This document shows positions 1-10,285 of a DNA stretch of 64,000 nt, piece by piece. Location: positions 1 through 64,000 of IMG/VR virus record IMGVR_UViG_3300034022_000267; one strand, 5' to 3'. Below the pieces are notes generated by a model. It searched no databases. It was given only the letters and a program-made list of their open reading frames with translations, and was not told where the DNA came from. This DNA comes from a virus (lineage: Duplodnaviria; Heunggongvirae; Uroviricota; Caudoviricetes). Position 1 is the stretch's first letter. Each line of letters starts with the position of its first letter. The translations under genes were made by a program, and so were the position numbers.

Positions 1-124
1 AGGCTCAGTAGAGTGAAAACTCTCTAAGTGGTTAGAGTCTGTTAGTTTCCCTACTGCACGTTTGTCCATAGACGCTACACGAGCATAAGTAAAACCAGTT
101 AACCCAGGAATTGTTTGAATTGCC
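1..124 (-). CDS. 5' end (N-terminal ~41 aa) of a minus-strand gene running off the left edge; possible major capsid protein
   Basis: ATG at 124-122 (minus strand), open to the window edge (MAIQTIPGLTGFTYARVASMDKRAVGK...). It sits downstream of the portal and scaffold genes on the same strand, where the capsid gene lies in T7-like gene order. Confidence 0.3.
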
Positions 125-164
125 ATTGTTATTCGTTTTTATTAATTATTTATTTGTTGTTTTG

Positions 165-1430
165 TTATAAGAACCATGATTTTGAATTAGTACCACCATT
201 ACCTGATGGTCCACCTGTTTTAGCTTTTGTAACTTGTCTTGCAACTTCTCCAAACAGTTCGTTAGATTTCTTTGTAACGCCTGTTCTTTGTATGGTTGAT
301 AATGTAGGATCTTTTTCTAACATTTTTAAAAGAAGACCTATCTTAACTTTCTGTGCATGATTCTCTGGTCTTTTAAGATCCAATATAGCACGATCAAAAT
401 CAGTTAAGGTTTCTCCTGTTGGAGTTTTCCACTTATCAACTAATAAGAAGTCTTGTAGTTCTGTTGCTATTTTTGGATTGATAGGAATACCATCAAACTC
501 TTTTGCTTTCACCTTATCATTTAAGATGGATTGCACATTACTTATATACTGATTTCTAACTTGAGCTTTTTGTTGTAACTCTTGTTCAGACTTAGCTTCT
601 AAGTCTTGTAACTTAGCTGCTTCTTTTTTAACCAACACCTTGTGATGTTTAGTTGCAACGCTTTCTAAATCACCGTAGTTTTTAAGTCTTTCGATTTCTG
701 TTTCTACATCATCTGGATCAAATCCTTGATTAGTCAATGCTTGCTTCATTATTCTTTCTTGATTGTTCTCATCAGAAAGATCCATCTCAGCAAATCCAAC
801 AACATTGTTATATGTAGTGAAGTAATCTTTTGGATTAACTCCTTTTACAAATATGGCATCAAAAGCTTCTTGATAGTCTTCTCCAAATTGTCCAATGAAG
901 TTTTGTACTATTTCACTAGCACCTTTTTTCTTCTCTTCATTAAATCTTTCTAGAAATTCTTCTGCAGTGTTTACTGGTTCTTTATCATCATCATCAGATG
1001 TAAATACACCTAGTTTGTAAAGATCATTTGCAAGAGCAGTGAATTGTGTTCCTTCAGGAGCATCATCTACCTCTTCATCATTGGTATTTGATTTTGCAGC
1101 AGTTTTTGTTGGAGCAGGTGTGTCATTATCATCATTATCCTCATCTGGATCATCACTTAAGAAATCCGAGATCATTGATTGTCCTTCTAGTTTTTCATCA
1201 TCTGTTTTACCATCAACACTTAAAGGAGGAACAATTTCCTTACCTTTTGGTGAATCTGGTTTAGCAGGTGCAGCAGGAGGATTAGCTTCATTAATGATAG
1301 GAGTGACATCTTCTGGATTACCAGAAGCAGTTTCAGGTTCAAATAATCCCTGAAGTAATTCTTGGTTACCCATTCCCATTTCCATAGTACCTAAGATACC
1401 AAAGTTGCTTATATCTAAATTATCAGCCAT
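165..1430 (-). CDS. Putative scaffolding protein (acidic, coiled-coil)
   Basis: 421 aa, very acidic (D/E runs, DDPDEDNDDND) with a long predicted coiled-coil C-terminal half. It lies between the portal gene and the probable capsid gene. Confidence 0.4.
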   Translation of the reverse strand: MADNLDISNFGILGTMEMGMGNQELLQGLFEPETASGNPEDVTPIINEANPPAAPAKPDSPKGKEIVPPLSVDGKTDDEKLEGQSMISDFLSDDPDEDNDDNDTPAPTKTAAKSNTNDEEVDDAPEGTQFTALANDLYKLGVFTSDDDDKEPVNTAEEFLERFNEEKKKGASEIVQNFIGQFGEDYQEAFDAIFVKGVNPKDYFTTYNNVVGFAEMDLSDENNQERIMKQALTNQGFDPDDVETEIERLKNYGDLESVATKHHKVLVKKEAAKLQDLEAKSEQELQQKAQVRNQYISNVQSILNDKVKAKEFDGIPINPKIATELQDFLLVDKWKTPTGETLTDFDRAILDLKRPENHAQKVKIGLLLKMLEKDPTLSTIQRTGVTKKSNELFGEVARQVTKAKTGGPSGNGGTNSKSWFL

Positions 1431-1572
1431 ATGTAGTTGTATTTGTGTTTGGTTTATTAATGTAAAAGTATTATAAGTGTTTGTAATATCAAAGGGTTAT
1501 GAGTCAATGTGGTTCAATTTTCTTGATAATATAGCATTAAGATATTCTCCTCCTCCGAAGAGGAGAAGTTTT

Positions 1573-4158
1573 TTAACCTTTTTTGTTATTACGTCCCTTG
1601 GCATTCTCTTTTGCAACAGCAAGATCGTTTGTCATATTCTCTCTAGCCACTTTTATTTTTTCTTGTTCTATATTCATTTTATCATTTGCTTGTTTGCTTT
1701 TAGATTGAATATCAGCTATTTTTAATCCATATTCTTTAGTAGCTTTATCTTGATCATGAGCTAGTCTACTCATCTCCATTACATCAGGAATTTCATTAGA
1801 ATTAGTGTCTTCAGAAGCAACATTGCCAAATCCTGTAGCTTGTATAATAGCAATTTCTTTTTTAGATAATCTATCAAGTTCTTTTTGATAGTTTTCATTA
1901 GCTATATTAGAATCATATTGTTGTTGAGCTTGTGCTAATTGTGCTTGAGATTGTTCTTGTTGTTGTTGAACTTTTTGTTGTTCAAGTTCTTGTGCTTGTT
2001 GTTGTTGAGCAACTTGTTGATCTCTGAGATCTTTAAACACTTTCTTCATCTCTCTCATAGACTTGGTAGAATATAATTCTATTACATCATAAAGTGTGCC
2101 ACCATTTTGGATAATAGCTTGAGACAATTGTCTAAGTTCATTAAACATTTGTGTATCTTCTGGTCTATTAGTAAGGAACACTTTCAAATCACGAAAAGAA
2201 AGATCTGATCCATTTACTTGTACAAATGCAGATTCTCCTTCAGATGTAATATAAGAAAGAGTAGATTGTGGTTTAGATGATTCTACATAAAGTGCAGCAT
2301 CTATAATACTTTGATACAGCTGTCCAAGCACATACTCGTGAGCCACAAATAAGGGCTCTGTTTGAGAGTAACTCTGCTGCATTGCAGTGTTGGTCCCTGT
2401 AGCTGATTCAGAGGCAGAAATAGACCCCATACGTTGTTTAGACATACCTACAAGTTCCCAACATTCTTGTTTCATTTGTTGTGCAAGAGTGTAACGAGAT
2501 TGTATCTCTTGCGTACGTGTAAGATCAAGAGCTGTAAACTGATTAAATGAACTAGGACTCTTTAAATTCTCAGGACTATCATCAATAAATACCACTCCTC
2601 TATTACGTGCTTCCATTTCCCAAATGTCAAGAGCATCTTGTGCATCTCCATCTTTAGGAATAGGAATATGTCTCAATGACATAAGTTGCACCTTACCTAC
2701 CTCTTTCTCAAGAAGCTTGTATAATTGATTCATACACACATTGTATATCACCTGAAAAGGTTTCATAAGATCTACTAAGCTTTTTGCTTCTGTATTCTTC
2801 ACCTCATATGTTGTTCCTATAATAGGACAATAGTTTAATAACTTGAATGGTTTAATATGGTAGATGTCTGGTCCAATCTTAGTTCCTTGGTACCATTGGT
2901 TAATCCATCCCCATTCTAATGATTGTTGTTGAGGATGTGTTCCTGATTTATAATCTTCAGTAACAAGTGTTGATTGCTCATTACCCATATCATCTATGTA
3001 AATCAATTTGCCTATTTTCTTTTTAGATATCCAATATGATCTAACAACAACATACTTATATCCAAATGAACTTACGTTATTGGTAAGACCTAAGAAATCT
3101 TTTAAGCCATCATTGTTTTCTTTCATTTCTGATTCAATGATCATTCTTGTCTGTAAAACAAGAGGGTCAAATGTATCATACATTACAGAATCTTGTCCTG
3201 GAACAGCATCTGGATTACCTAGATTGGATTCTCTTACATTGATTAATCCATAATCCTGTAAAGAACTTCTAAGGTGATCTATTTCTTCTTTAGTTAAGTC
3301 TGGAATAGATTCAATAATTTCAGACAGTTCCATAACTTGCACAGTGCCAGCAGCATAAGCTCCTTGTGCTCTTCCTGTAGGATCTGATATATATTTTCTA
3401 TCAGGTGTACTTAAGAACCAAGTGTTCTTTGGGTTAGCCACTTCAATGTTAAATCCAAGCTTTGAGTTATCTTCGTATATGTGATAGAACTCTCTAGCAG
3501 ATATTAACATATCTCTAAATGCATCTTCGCTCTTTTCTTTAATGTTAAACTCAGCTTTCTGACATGTAAGAACATGATTGGCCCATTTCTCAGCAATAGA
3601 TGTATAGCTATCTAACTGATCTTTAACTTGTTCCATTGTCATTTGCTCCAATTGCTCAGGTTCAATTTCTTCTCCTTGCATTGCTGCTTTAGCTGTAAGC
3701 TGTTGCTTCACTTGACTAATAACATATTGTTGAAGAGTGTCTGTTTTGAATTGTAGTTCTTCTGATTGACTATCATCATCAAAAGCTTTCACTCTAAATG
3801 TATCTGGTCTTTTAGATATCTCTCCTACAAGTTCATTAATAGGAGTGGTGATAATTGAATACATCTTTACATAAGCAGGAAGTTCTAGATCTGATGTAAG
3901 AACATCTGTAAAGCTTCTTACCTCTGGTTCTTGATAGAAATCTTCCATACGTAAGATTCCTTTCATAAGATCATAATTTGGAACAAATGTATCTCTATTC
4001 TTTATGTATTCAGCATATGCTTTATTGGAAAAATAATCCATTGTATTCTTTATCCAACTTTCATCTTCTTTTTCCTTCTCTGTTTTAAACTGATCAGGGA
4101 ATATGTTTAAGTATGCATACCTAATGGTAGCGTCTTTTGTATATCTAATTATTGCCAT
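1573..4158 (-). CDS. Portal protein
   Basis: 861 aa, immediately downstream of the large terminase on the same strand. It has a glutamine-rich helical C-terminus (QQVAQQQQAQELEQQKVQQQQEQSQAQLAQAQQQ) reminiscent of P22-type portal barrels. Size fits large podovirus portals. Confidence 0.55.
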   Translation of the reverse strand: MAIIRYTKDATIRYAYLNIFPDQFKTEKEKEDESWIKNTMDYFSNKAYAEYIKNRDTFVPNYDLMKGILRMEDFYQEPEVRSFTDVLTSDLELPAYVKMYSIITTPINELVGEISKRPDTFRVKAFDDDSQSEELQFKTDTLQQYVISQVKQQLTAKAAMQGEEIEPEQLEQMTMEQVKDQLDSYTSIAEKWANHVLTCQKAEFNIKEKSEDAFRDMLISAREFYHIYEDNSKLGFNIEVANPKNTWFLSTPDRKYISDPTGRAQGAYAAGTVQVMELSEIIESIPDLTKEEIDHLRSSLQDYGLINVRESNLGNPDAVPGQDSVMYDTFDPLVLQTRMIIESEMKENNDGLKDFLGLTNNVSSFGYKYVVVRSYWISKKKIGKLIYIDDMGNEQSTLVTEDYKSGTHPQQQSLEWGWINQWYQGTKIGPDIYHIKPFKLLNYCPIIGTTYEVKNTEAKSLVDLMKPFQVIYNVCMNQLYKLLEKEVGKVQLMSLRHIPIPKDGDAQDALDIWEMEARNRGVVFIDDSPENLKSPSSFNQFTALDLTRTQEIQSRYTLAQQMKQECWELVGMSKQRMGSISASESATGTNTAMQQSYSQTEPLFVAHEYVLGQLYQSIIDAALYVESSKPQSTLSYITSEGESAFVQVNGSDLSFRDLKVFLTNRPEDTQMFNELRQLSQAIIQNGGTLYDVIELYSTKSMREMKKVFKDLRDQQVAQQQQAQELEQQKVQQQQEQSQAQLAQAQQQYDSNIANENYQKELDRLSKKEIAIIQATGFGNVASEDTNSNEIPDVMEMSRLAHDQDKATKEYGLKIADIQSKSKQANDKMNIEQEKIKVARENMTNDLAVAKENAKGRNNKKG

Positions 4159-4179
4159 TATATTGTTTATTTTTATTTA

Positions 4180-4419
4180 TTAAGAATGCATAAAATTACA
4201 TAAGTTTTCATTAGGACATTCAGGAATAAAATCATCTACTGATAAATCTTGATTTCTAAAATATAATAATGCACTTGGTTTTTTGTATTCTTCTAACATT
4301 ATTTTTCTATCTCTAATTGGTAAACTTAAATACCAATCAAGAGAAAAAGCTTTATTGTGTTCTCCAGCAGATTGTATATTATTGTAATATTTATCAATCC
4401 AATATTTTCTTGTTGCCAT
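4180..4419 (-). CDS. Hypothetical protein
   Basis: 79 aa ORF tightly packed between the portal and large terminase genes. Confidence 0.35.
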   Translation of the reverse strand: MATRKYWIDKYYNNIQSAGEHNKAFSLDWYLSLPIRDRKIMLEEYKKPSALLYFRNQDLSVDDFIPECPNENLCNFMHS

Positions 4420-4420
4420 G

Positions 4421-6451
4421 TTATCTAAACATTTTATGTTTGTTACTATTAAACATTCCCTTTGATTCAGAGAATAGTGAATTTTTTTTCTTTTTAGAAT
4501 AGAGAGAAGTTATCCTTACATCTTCAACTCCACCTGTTCTTCCCATTATAGGATTTAATTTCATCGCCAAAGATACAGCTAATTCTGCAGCAATGATTCT
4601 ATCAAAGTTGCCTGTCTCATTATATTGTATCATTTCTTCTAATAATACAGGATCAAATATCTTTGCCATCCCTTTTGTTTCAGAAATGACATTACCCTCA
4701 TCATCTTTTTCTACATGTATAACTTCTTCTGTGTATGTCTTTAAACATCCATGCAGAAAGTCTCGTATTTTTTCAGCAGATCTATGTATTCCATAATCCC
4801 TTCTAACTGTTGTATTAGGAACTATTTCTTTTAACCAATCTGGTTGTCTTTCTAAATAATGTGCATCTCCTTTTGAGATCATATAATCTATAAAAGAGAT
4901 TTCATCGTTTTCACACAATGTTCTAGCATTGTAGTACTTAATCAATAATCTTGCCTGCTCTTCCCATGTTTCTTTCTTGTCTGGTCTAGCACAATAACTA
5001 GCAACAAACATATCTTGATACTTTTCTCCTGCAATAGCATGCATTCTTTTGTATATATATACAGATCCTAATGAACTTGAATAAGCAGACTTACCTTGTC
5101 TATAAGGATCGACTCCTGCAACATATAATCCATAAGGAGGTGTGTCAATTGGAAACTCATATATAACTACAGGAGCATCTTTTTGATCACTGTTCTTTAA
5201 TGGGAAATTTGATATAGGAAGCTTATCTGTAAACTCATGTTTCACACCTTGTCCATCATCATATAAAACAACAGGAGTACCTGTTCTTTCTTGTGCTAAT
5301 AGCTTGGCTTTCTGACGTTTAGCTGCTTCTATATCAAATATGTTTGTATCTTCATTTAAGAATATGTCATCCACCTCTTGTGGATAATACATCTTTTCTT
5401 TTAAATATGCAAGTCTATCACCAGCTTTTTTTAATCTGTCAAGATTATCATTTGTAATCTTATCTGCTTTTTCTAAATTAGAAACAAGCATCTTTACATT
5501 ATGTAATTCAGAATCTTCTGGTTGTTCTAAATAAGCTCCTAATGTAGAATCTTCTTTAGCTTCCATTCTATATTTATGGGAGATGAATAGTCCATGGATT
5601 CTTTGATCATCCTTTGCACTATTATATTCCAGGAAGTTGAAATTGGCTACATCAAACATTAAGCTTTTTGCATCCATGAAATTCTGCATATCTCCACCTG
5701 TACCTGTAAGTATAGGGCTACAGCCCCAACCAAATGGTGTGGTGAAACCTGGTGTAGCAGCTTGTAATCCTCTGAGGAAATTACCCTTACCTATCTCATC
5801 AATGATAAGTCTTCTTGGTTTTGTACCTGCAATAGCCTCTTCATTATTACCACCATCTAAGTTACGAATAAGGATCTGAGAAAAGGGGATTCTCTCTCCT
5901 GCTTTTGTCTTGATCCCTAATGTAACTTGGTTTTTCCAGTTGTCTTCCACTCTCTGCCATCTCCAGGCTTCAGGTAGGAAGTTTAATCCTTTGTCAATCT
6001 TATCTGTGATAAGCTTTATATCGGGAGCATTCAATCCTGCTATAATGTTCTGGGAATTCTCATCGAATGTTGCCCCATGACCTATATAGGAACTCTCAAT
6101 TACTGACTTAGCCAAACGTCTAATACCTAGTATCACTAGGCCTTTCTTTTCTGTATGTGCTCTATCTATTTCATTTGTGATTATCCACTCATTATCACGT
6201 AGATATGGATTAGCATATTTTTGATTAATCCTTCCACGATCATCTATAATATCCACCTCTGTATTCCAGAAGTTTAAATGCCAATATAGAAAAGGGTTAA
6301 TATAAACTCCTCCCATTGTACAGCCATCAATACATAGTTGTTTATGGAAAGCATAAAATGCTTTATACTCTTCTGAGTCCTTTGATGGAACTCTCTTTTG
6401 ATTGATAAACCAATCTCCGTATTCAATACTCTGTAAGCCATCTATTATCAT
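4421..6451 (-). CDS. terL: Terminase large subunit
   Basis: 676 aa with an N-terminal ATPase (deviant P-loop GIRRLAKS, Walker B-like LIIDEIGK) and a C-terminal RNaseH-like nuclease with an acidic cluster (VAGVDPYRQGKS). Typical TerL architecture. Confidence 0.8.
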   Translation of the reverse strand: MIIDGLQSIEYGDWFINQKRVPSKDSEEYKAFYAFHKQLCIDGCTMGGVYINPFLYWHLNFWNTEVDIIDDRGRINQKYANPYLRDNEWIITNEIDRAHTEKKGLVILGIRRLAKSVIESSYIGHGATFDENSQNIIAGLNAPDIKLITDKIDKGLNFLPEAWRWQRVEDNWKNQVTLGIKTKAGERIPFSQILIRNLDGGNNEEAIAGTKPRRLIIDEIGKGNFLRGLQAATPGFTTPFGWGCSPILTGTGGDMQNFMDAKSLMFDVANFNFLEYNSAKDDQRIHGLFISHKYRMEAKEDSTLGAYLEQPEDSELHNVKMLVSNLEKADKITNDNLDRLKKAGDRLAYLKEKMYYPQEVDDIFLNEDTNIFDIEAAKRQKAKLLAQERTGTPVVLYDDGQGVKHEFTDKLPISNFPLKNSDQKDAPVVIYEFPIDTPPYGLYVAGVDPYRQGKSAYSSSLGSVYIYKRMHAIAGEKYQDMFVASYCARPDKKETWEEQARLLIKYYNARTLCENDEISFIDYMISKGDAHYLERQPDWLKEIVPNTTVRRDYGIHRSAEKIRDFLHGCLKTYTEEVIHVEKDDEGNVISETKGMAKIFDPVLLEEMIQYNETGNFDRIIAAELAVSLAMKLNPIMGRTGGVEDVRITSLYSKKKKNSLFSESKGMFNSNKHKMFR

Positions 6452-6783
6452 TATCTTCTACCTTTTAAGAAATCTTCTGCCATACTACCAAGCTCAACAC
6501 CACCTCTTACAGGCACCACCTTTGCTTCTTCTTTTTCACGTAGCTTCTCAACTTGTTCAAGAAGGGCAAGATAGTTTTTCATTGTCTCTTGTACAAACTT
6601 TCCTTGAGCTTCAATACTTGCAATTACCATAGGCATAGCACCACCAGCTTTGGTTTCTTTCCATTTGATTCTATCCTCTAATGTATGTAAAGGATTAGCA
6701 TCAATATAAGCTTTCCAGCTTATTAATTGTTCTTCGGCCCAATTTAATTCTGTTGATATATATGTAGTTTTCTTTAATGCCAT
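6451..6783 (-). CDS. Hypothetical protein; possible terminase small subunit
   Basis: 110 aa ORF directly upstream of terL with start and stop overlap. Assigned by position only. Confidence 0.3.
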   Translation of the reverse strand: MALKKTTYISTELNWAEEQLISWKAYIDANPLHTLEDRIKWKETKAGGAMPMVIASIEAQGKFVQETMKNYLALLEQVEKLREKEEAKVVPVRGGVELGSMAEDFLKGRR

Positions 6784-7304
6784 TATTCTATATATTGGTT
6801 AAATGCTTCATCCAATTTTTGTTTATACACTTGTATATCTTGTATCTCTGCTCTGATTTTCTTTTTACATTCTTCTATTCTATTTTGGCATTGATAAATC
6901 TCACTATAGTATTCATTTTGAATGTTACGAAATATAGCAAATTTATCTATACCATCTTCTTCTAAAAAGTCTTGTATAATATCACAACTGTTTTCTGGAT
7001 TACAAGCTGATATATCTTCATCTTCCAGAAAATCTTGAATCACTTTACATCCTTCGTCTCTTGGACATGGTTCAAATATTGATTCATTAGTATCCATTGA
7101 TTGTTTACTAAAAGGATTGCCTTTCCAAATAGCTTCATCCATCTTTTTCATCATTGCTGTTTTATCTGTTAACTCAGCAGCTAAGAATTCTTCTTCTGTA
7201 TGATTGTATTTATCTTTTTCTTTATATATAGAAAAGATGTATTTCCAATCTTCTATAGTGTAAAGATGGTAAGCTTTTCCATATAGTTTATAAATATGTT
7301 CCAT
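6783..7304 (-). CDS. Hypothetical protein (Cys/acidic)
   Basis: 173 aa ORF, translationally coupled to its neighbours. Confidence 0.4.
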   Translation of the reverse strand: MEHIYKLYGKAYHLYTIEDWKYIFSIYKEKDKYNHTEEEFLAAELTDKTAMMKKMDEAIWKGNPFSKQSMDTNESIFEPCPRDEGCKVIQDFLEDEDISACNPENSCDIIQDFLEEDGIDKFAIFRNIQNEYYSEIYQCQNRIEECKKKIRAEIQDIQVYKQKLDEAFNQYIE

Positions 7305-7329
7305 TATGTAGTTAGTATTATATTAGTTA

Positions 7330-7605
7330 TTAATCTTCCTCTTCTTCGAACAATGTGTTCTCTAAATTCATGCCATCTTTTATAATGGCTTCTATTTCTT
7401 CTTGATCAATGTGATCAACATCTGTATTTAATTCTAATTCATATTGTTGTAAAGAAAAGAATAACTCTTTATCTGTTACTCCCCAAATGTCAGCTCCATC
7501 TAATGCTGTAGAAATATGTCTTCCTATATTATACACAGGATGATCCTTATATAATCTATTTAACACTTTAATAATTTGAAGATGATAGTTTGGATATTTA
7601 CTCAT
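7330..7605 (-). CDS. Hypothetical protein
   Basis: 91 aa ORF. Confidence 0.35.
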   Translation of the reverse strand: MSKYPNYHLQIIKVLNRLYKDHPVYNIGRHISTALDGADIWGVTDKELFFSLQQYELELNTDVDHIDQEEIEAIIKDGMNLENTLFEEEED

Positions 7606-7610
7606 ACTAT

Positions 7611-7859
7611 TTAAATTAAATCATTAATGTCTTTTTCAGACAATGTGTTGTTCTCATCATCATCATCATCATCTTCTTCCATGTACTCAGGCTTCACTGT
7701 TATCTTTATCATATCTTTTAGTTGATCACTATCGGGGTTAGCATCTCCACCAGATATATCAATAAAATTTACACCCTCTTCATATAAATCTTGAAGAATT
7801 GTTATAAAATCCTGTAATGGTATTTTTTGTATTTTAGTCATTTGGAAAAGGTTTTGCAA
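7611..7859 (-). CDS. Hypothetical acidic protein
   Basis: 82 aa with a poly-acidic run (EEDDDDDDEN). Confidence 0.35.
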   Translation of the reverse strand: MQNLFQMTKIQKIPLQDFITILQDLYEEGVNFIDISGGDANPDSDQLKDMIKITVKPEYMEEDDDDDDENNTLSEKDINDLI

Positions 7860-8091
7860 TCCATTTACTTAATGGACATTCGCATGTTAAACATTTTGTT
7901 TTAGCTGAAAGTGTACATCCACAATTTATACAATGTGCATCAGGTCTTATTGATAAATGATTCTTAGAATGTTGATCACAACCATTACATATATCCATTC
8001 TTTCTTTACTAATGTATTCTATAAAAGCTTTTTGTCTTTCTTCAGGAAGAATGTGGTTCTTCCAGCCTTCGTATATTTTTTTTAAGCTCAT
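7834..8091 (-). CDS. Cys-rich zinc-binding protein
   Basis: 85 aa with CNGCDQH...HCINCGC...CLTCEC cysteine pairs. Confidence 0.4.
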   Translation of the reverse strand: MSLKKIYEGWKNHILPEERQKAFIEYISKERMDICNGCDQHSKNHLSIRPDAHCINCGCTLSAKTKCLTCECPLSKWIAKPFPND

Positions 8092-8432
8092 TGTATTTTT
8101 GGTTTTAATGTCTTAATACTTGTCTCTAATATTTGCAACTTAAGTGTAACAGCATTTCTTCTCACCTCTGTTATAGCTGGATCTTTTAACATGTTTTCAT
8201 AAGCTTTCTTAATAGCTAATAACTTATCATATTGTTTCTGAGCTTTCTTTTGATTAAAATAAAACTTACCAAATCCAGAAATCTCTACACTCTTATTAAC
8301 ATTAAGTGCATCATTAGCAGAATCAAACTGATATGTAACAACAGCATCAATAATCTTTTCTGATATCACCATGTTAATAGCCATCCTTTTAATCAGCCAT
8401 TCCTTCACTGACATTGATTGTGGTTTCTTCAT
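8088..8432 (-). CDS. Hypothetical protein
   Basis: 114 aa ORF. Confidence 0.35.
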   Translation of the reverse strand: MKKPQSMSVKEWLIKRMAINMVISEKIIDAVVTYQFDSANDALNVNKSVEISGFGKFYFNQKKAQKQYDKLLAIKKAYENMLKDPAITEVRRNAVTLKLQILETSIKTLKPKIQ

Positions 8433-8769
8433 GTACCAACTGTATATCTAAGTTTATATTCTTTTTGAAATCTATAACAATAACTGGATTGATTTTCACC
8501 TTACCATTCTCCTTAATAAATATACCTATTCTTTTAAGTTTGGAGATGATGTTATTGATTGTTGGAGATGTACTATTATATGTCTTGCAGAATTCTTCTC
8601 TCACATTAGCAAATGTAATGTTTCCTTTAATAGCTGTAAAAGCTATAAGTTGTATTTCTCTTTCTGTTAGATGAAGATTGTTAATAGCAGATAGAATACT
8701 ATAATACTTCTCAGCTAGTTCTATGTCTGTATCAATTGATCTCTTAAGTCTTTGTACTATCATCGTCAT
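8389..8769 (-). CDS. Putative HTH DNA-binding regulator
   Basis: 126 aa with a helix-turn-helix-like segment (LTEREIQLIAFTAIKGNITFANVREEF...INNIISKLKRIG). Confidence 0.35.
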   Translation of the reverse strand: MTMIVQRLKRSIDTDIELAEKYYSILSAINNLHLTEREIQLIAFTAIKGNITFANVREEFCKTYNSTSPTINNIISKLKRIGIFIKENGKVKINPVIVIDFKKNINLDIQLVHEETTINVSEGMAD

Positions 8770-8918
8770 GTAGTTTTATCTAATTATATTACAAATATAT
8801 ACAATAAACATATAACTTGTATACTTTTTTATTTTCCAATGCTATATTATGACTAAAATCTACATATGAATGTGTATAGATAACCACGCCCAACCTCCAC
8901 CCCAAATGTACAGAGTAT

Positions 8919-9524
8919 TTATAACATGTGCAAATATTTTTTTGAAATATATTTTATACATTTTTTAAAGTACTTATTATCAGAAGGTTTATGATAAAAT
9001 TTATTATTCTTTAAACTATTCTCTTCTTTAGTAAGTAGTTGTAAATTATGTAATGAGCAGCTTATGTTAATAGGTGTATCTTTTATAAACCATGACAATG
9101 GAATACAATGATCTATATCATATCCTTGTGGAATTATAGGAAACTTATCAATAAACTCTTGTTTTGTAAATCCTAATTTTTCATATACTTTATTAGAATC
9201 ATTATTATGTAATCTTTTTAAACAACTTCTAAAAAATGATCTTGCTCTTTTTTCTGGTGTAGCATTTCTAAGTCTACTTTTTTCTTTTAAACAAGATATA
9301 CACATTCCACTTAATCCATCAGAACCTCTTCCTGAATCTTTTTTAAAAGCATCTCCAGTCTTTATAGTTTTACATTTATAACACTTATATAATTTAGCAT
9401 CTTCACAAGAAATACATTTTTGCTTATACTTATTAAATTCTGATTTTGGTTTTACTATTTCACATACAACACAAGGTCTTTGTATTGCGTAATTTTTTTT
9501 CTGTTCAGCACTTATATAGCTCAT
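8919..9524 (-). CDS. HNH homing endonuclease with N-terminal zinc-ribbon
   Basis: 201 aa. HNH motif YDIDHCIPLSW...HNLQLLTKEEN, plus N-terminal CxxC pairs (CVVCEIVKPKSEF...CISCED...CYKC...CISC). Confidence 0.65.
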   Translation of the reverse strand: MSYISAEQKKNYAIQRPCVVCEIVKPKSEFNKYKQKCISCEDAKLYKCYKCKTIKTGDAFKKDSGRGSDGLSGMCISCLKEKSRLRNATPEKRARSFFRSCLKRLHNNDSNKVYEKLGFTKQEFIDKFPIIPQGYDIDHCIPLSWFIKDTPINISCSLHNLQLLTKEENSLKNNKFYHKPSDNKYFKKCIKYISKKYLHML

Positions 9525-9821
9525 AATATTTTATATTTTATACACCCCAAAGGTATAACATAAATTTTATATCTACCAAATATTTTTTAAAAAATTTTTT
9601 TCCAAATTTAGAAACCCTTTGTGTGTATGGGATGGTTGACCTATCCATATCAAAACCCCCCATCAAAATTTGCAAGTTGGGGCTATCCCCTGGTTGCTGT
9701 TTCACTTGGTAGGAAATGTGGCGTGATAACCACAATGATCCCAAGTAAACAAGGAGATAGAAAGCCTTGTTATTCTTACCAAAACCTTTTGAACAACCTA
9801 ATAACTTAATACATAATCATT

Positions 9822-10163
9822 ATGGAAAAATTCACAAGAATTATTAGCATAGAAGGAAACTATGCTTACAGCACAATTGGAGAAACATTCTTCGTAACAA
9901 ATGATTTGTTACCAATGCAACTACCTTGTATCATTAGTTACAATCCTGAATGGAAATCATCTATCAATAGAATTGCAATTGATACAGACGGAGAAGAACT
10001 ATACTACACAGTTAATGTAAGACATGCTGAGAGAGCATTTAGTTCAACAGAAGAATTGGCTCAATACAGAAAACAAAAATGGGACGAAGAACACACATTG
10101 CAAATAGCACCAATCGAAAGACTGATTGGTAATACAGACTTCAATAAACTAATAGCCATTTAA
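9822..10163 (+). CDS. Hypothetical protein
   Basis: 113 aa; first gene of the plus-strand block. Confidence 0.4.
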   Translation: MEKFTRIISIEGNYAYSTIGETFFVTNDLLPMQLPCIISYNPEWKSSINRIAIDTDGEELYYTVNVRHAERAFSSTEELAQYRKQKWDEEHTLQIAPIERLIGNTDFNKLIAI

Positions 10164-10285
10164 TTGGCTGTTAGTTTTCTTCCTATATATATAGGAGTGC
10201 ATATTTGCCTTATTTAAAAAACTTTTCATCCATCCCAAAACCTTTTTAACATCTTAATAAATAATAATTAAAAACAGAAAACAAA

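Noticed and set aside
115-360. Plus-strand 81-aa ORF
   Set aside because: Lies entirely antisense inside the scaffold gene 165..1430. It is a low-complexity hydrophobic translation typical of an AT-rich shadow ORF.
726-1353. Plus-strand ORFs 726..953, 1039..1353 and 1046..1264
   Set aside because: Antisense shadows of the acidic scaffold gene; the Ser/Leu-rich translations are junk.
3008-3253. Plus-strand 81-aa ORF inside portal gene
   Set aside because: Antisense to a long, well-supported minus-strand CDS.
4317-5879. Plus-strand ORFs 4317..4502, 4593..4796 and 5637..5879
   Set aside because: All antisense within terL or the 79-aa gene; no independent support.
9538-9809. ORFs 9538..9744 (-) and 9621..9809 (+)
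   Set aside because: They overlap each other in the divergent promoter region and have odd composition. More likely noncoding or regulatory.
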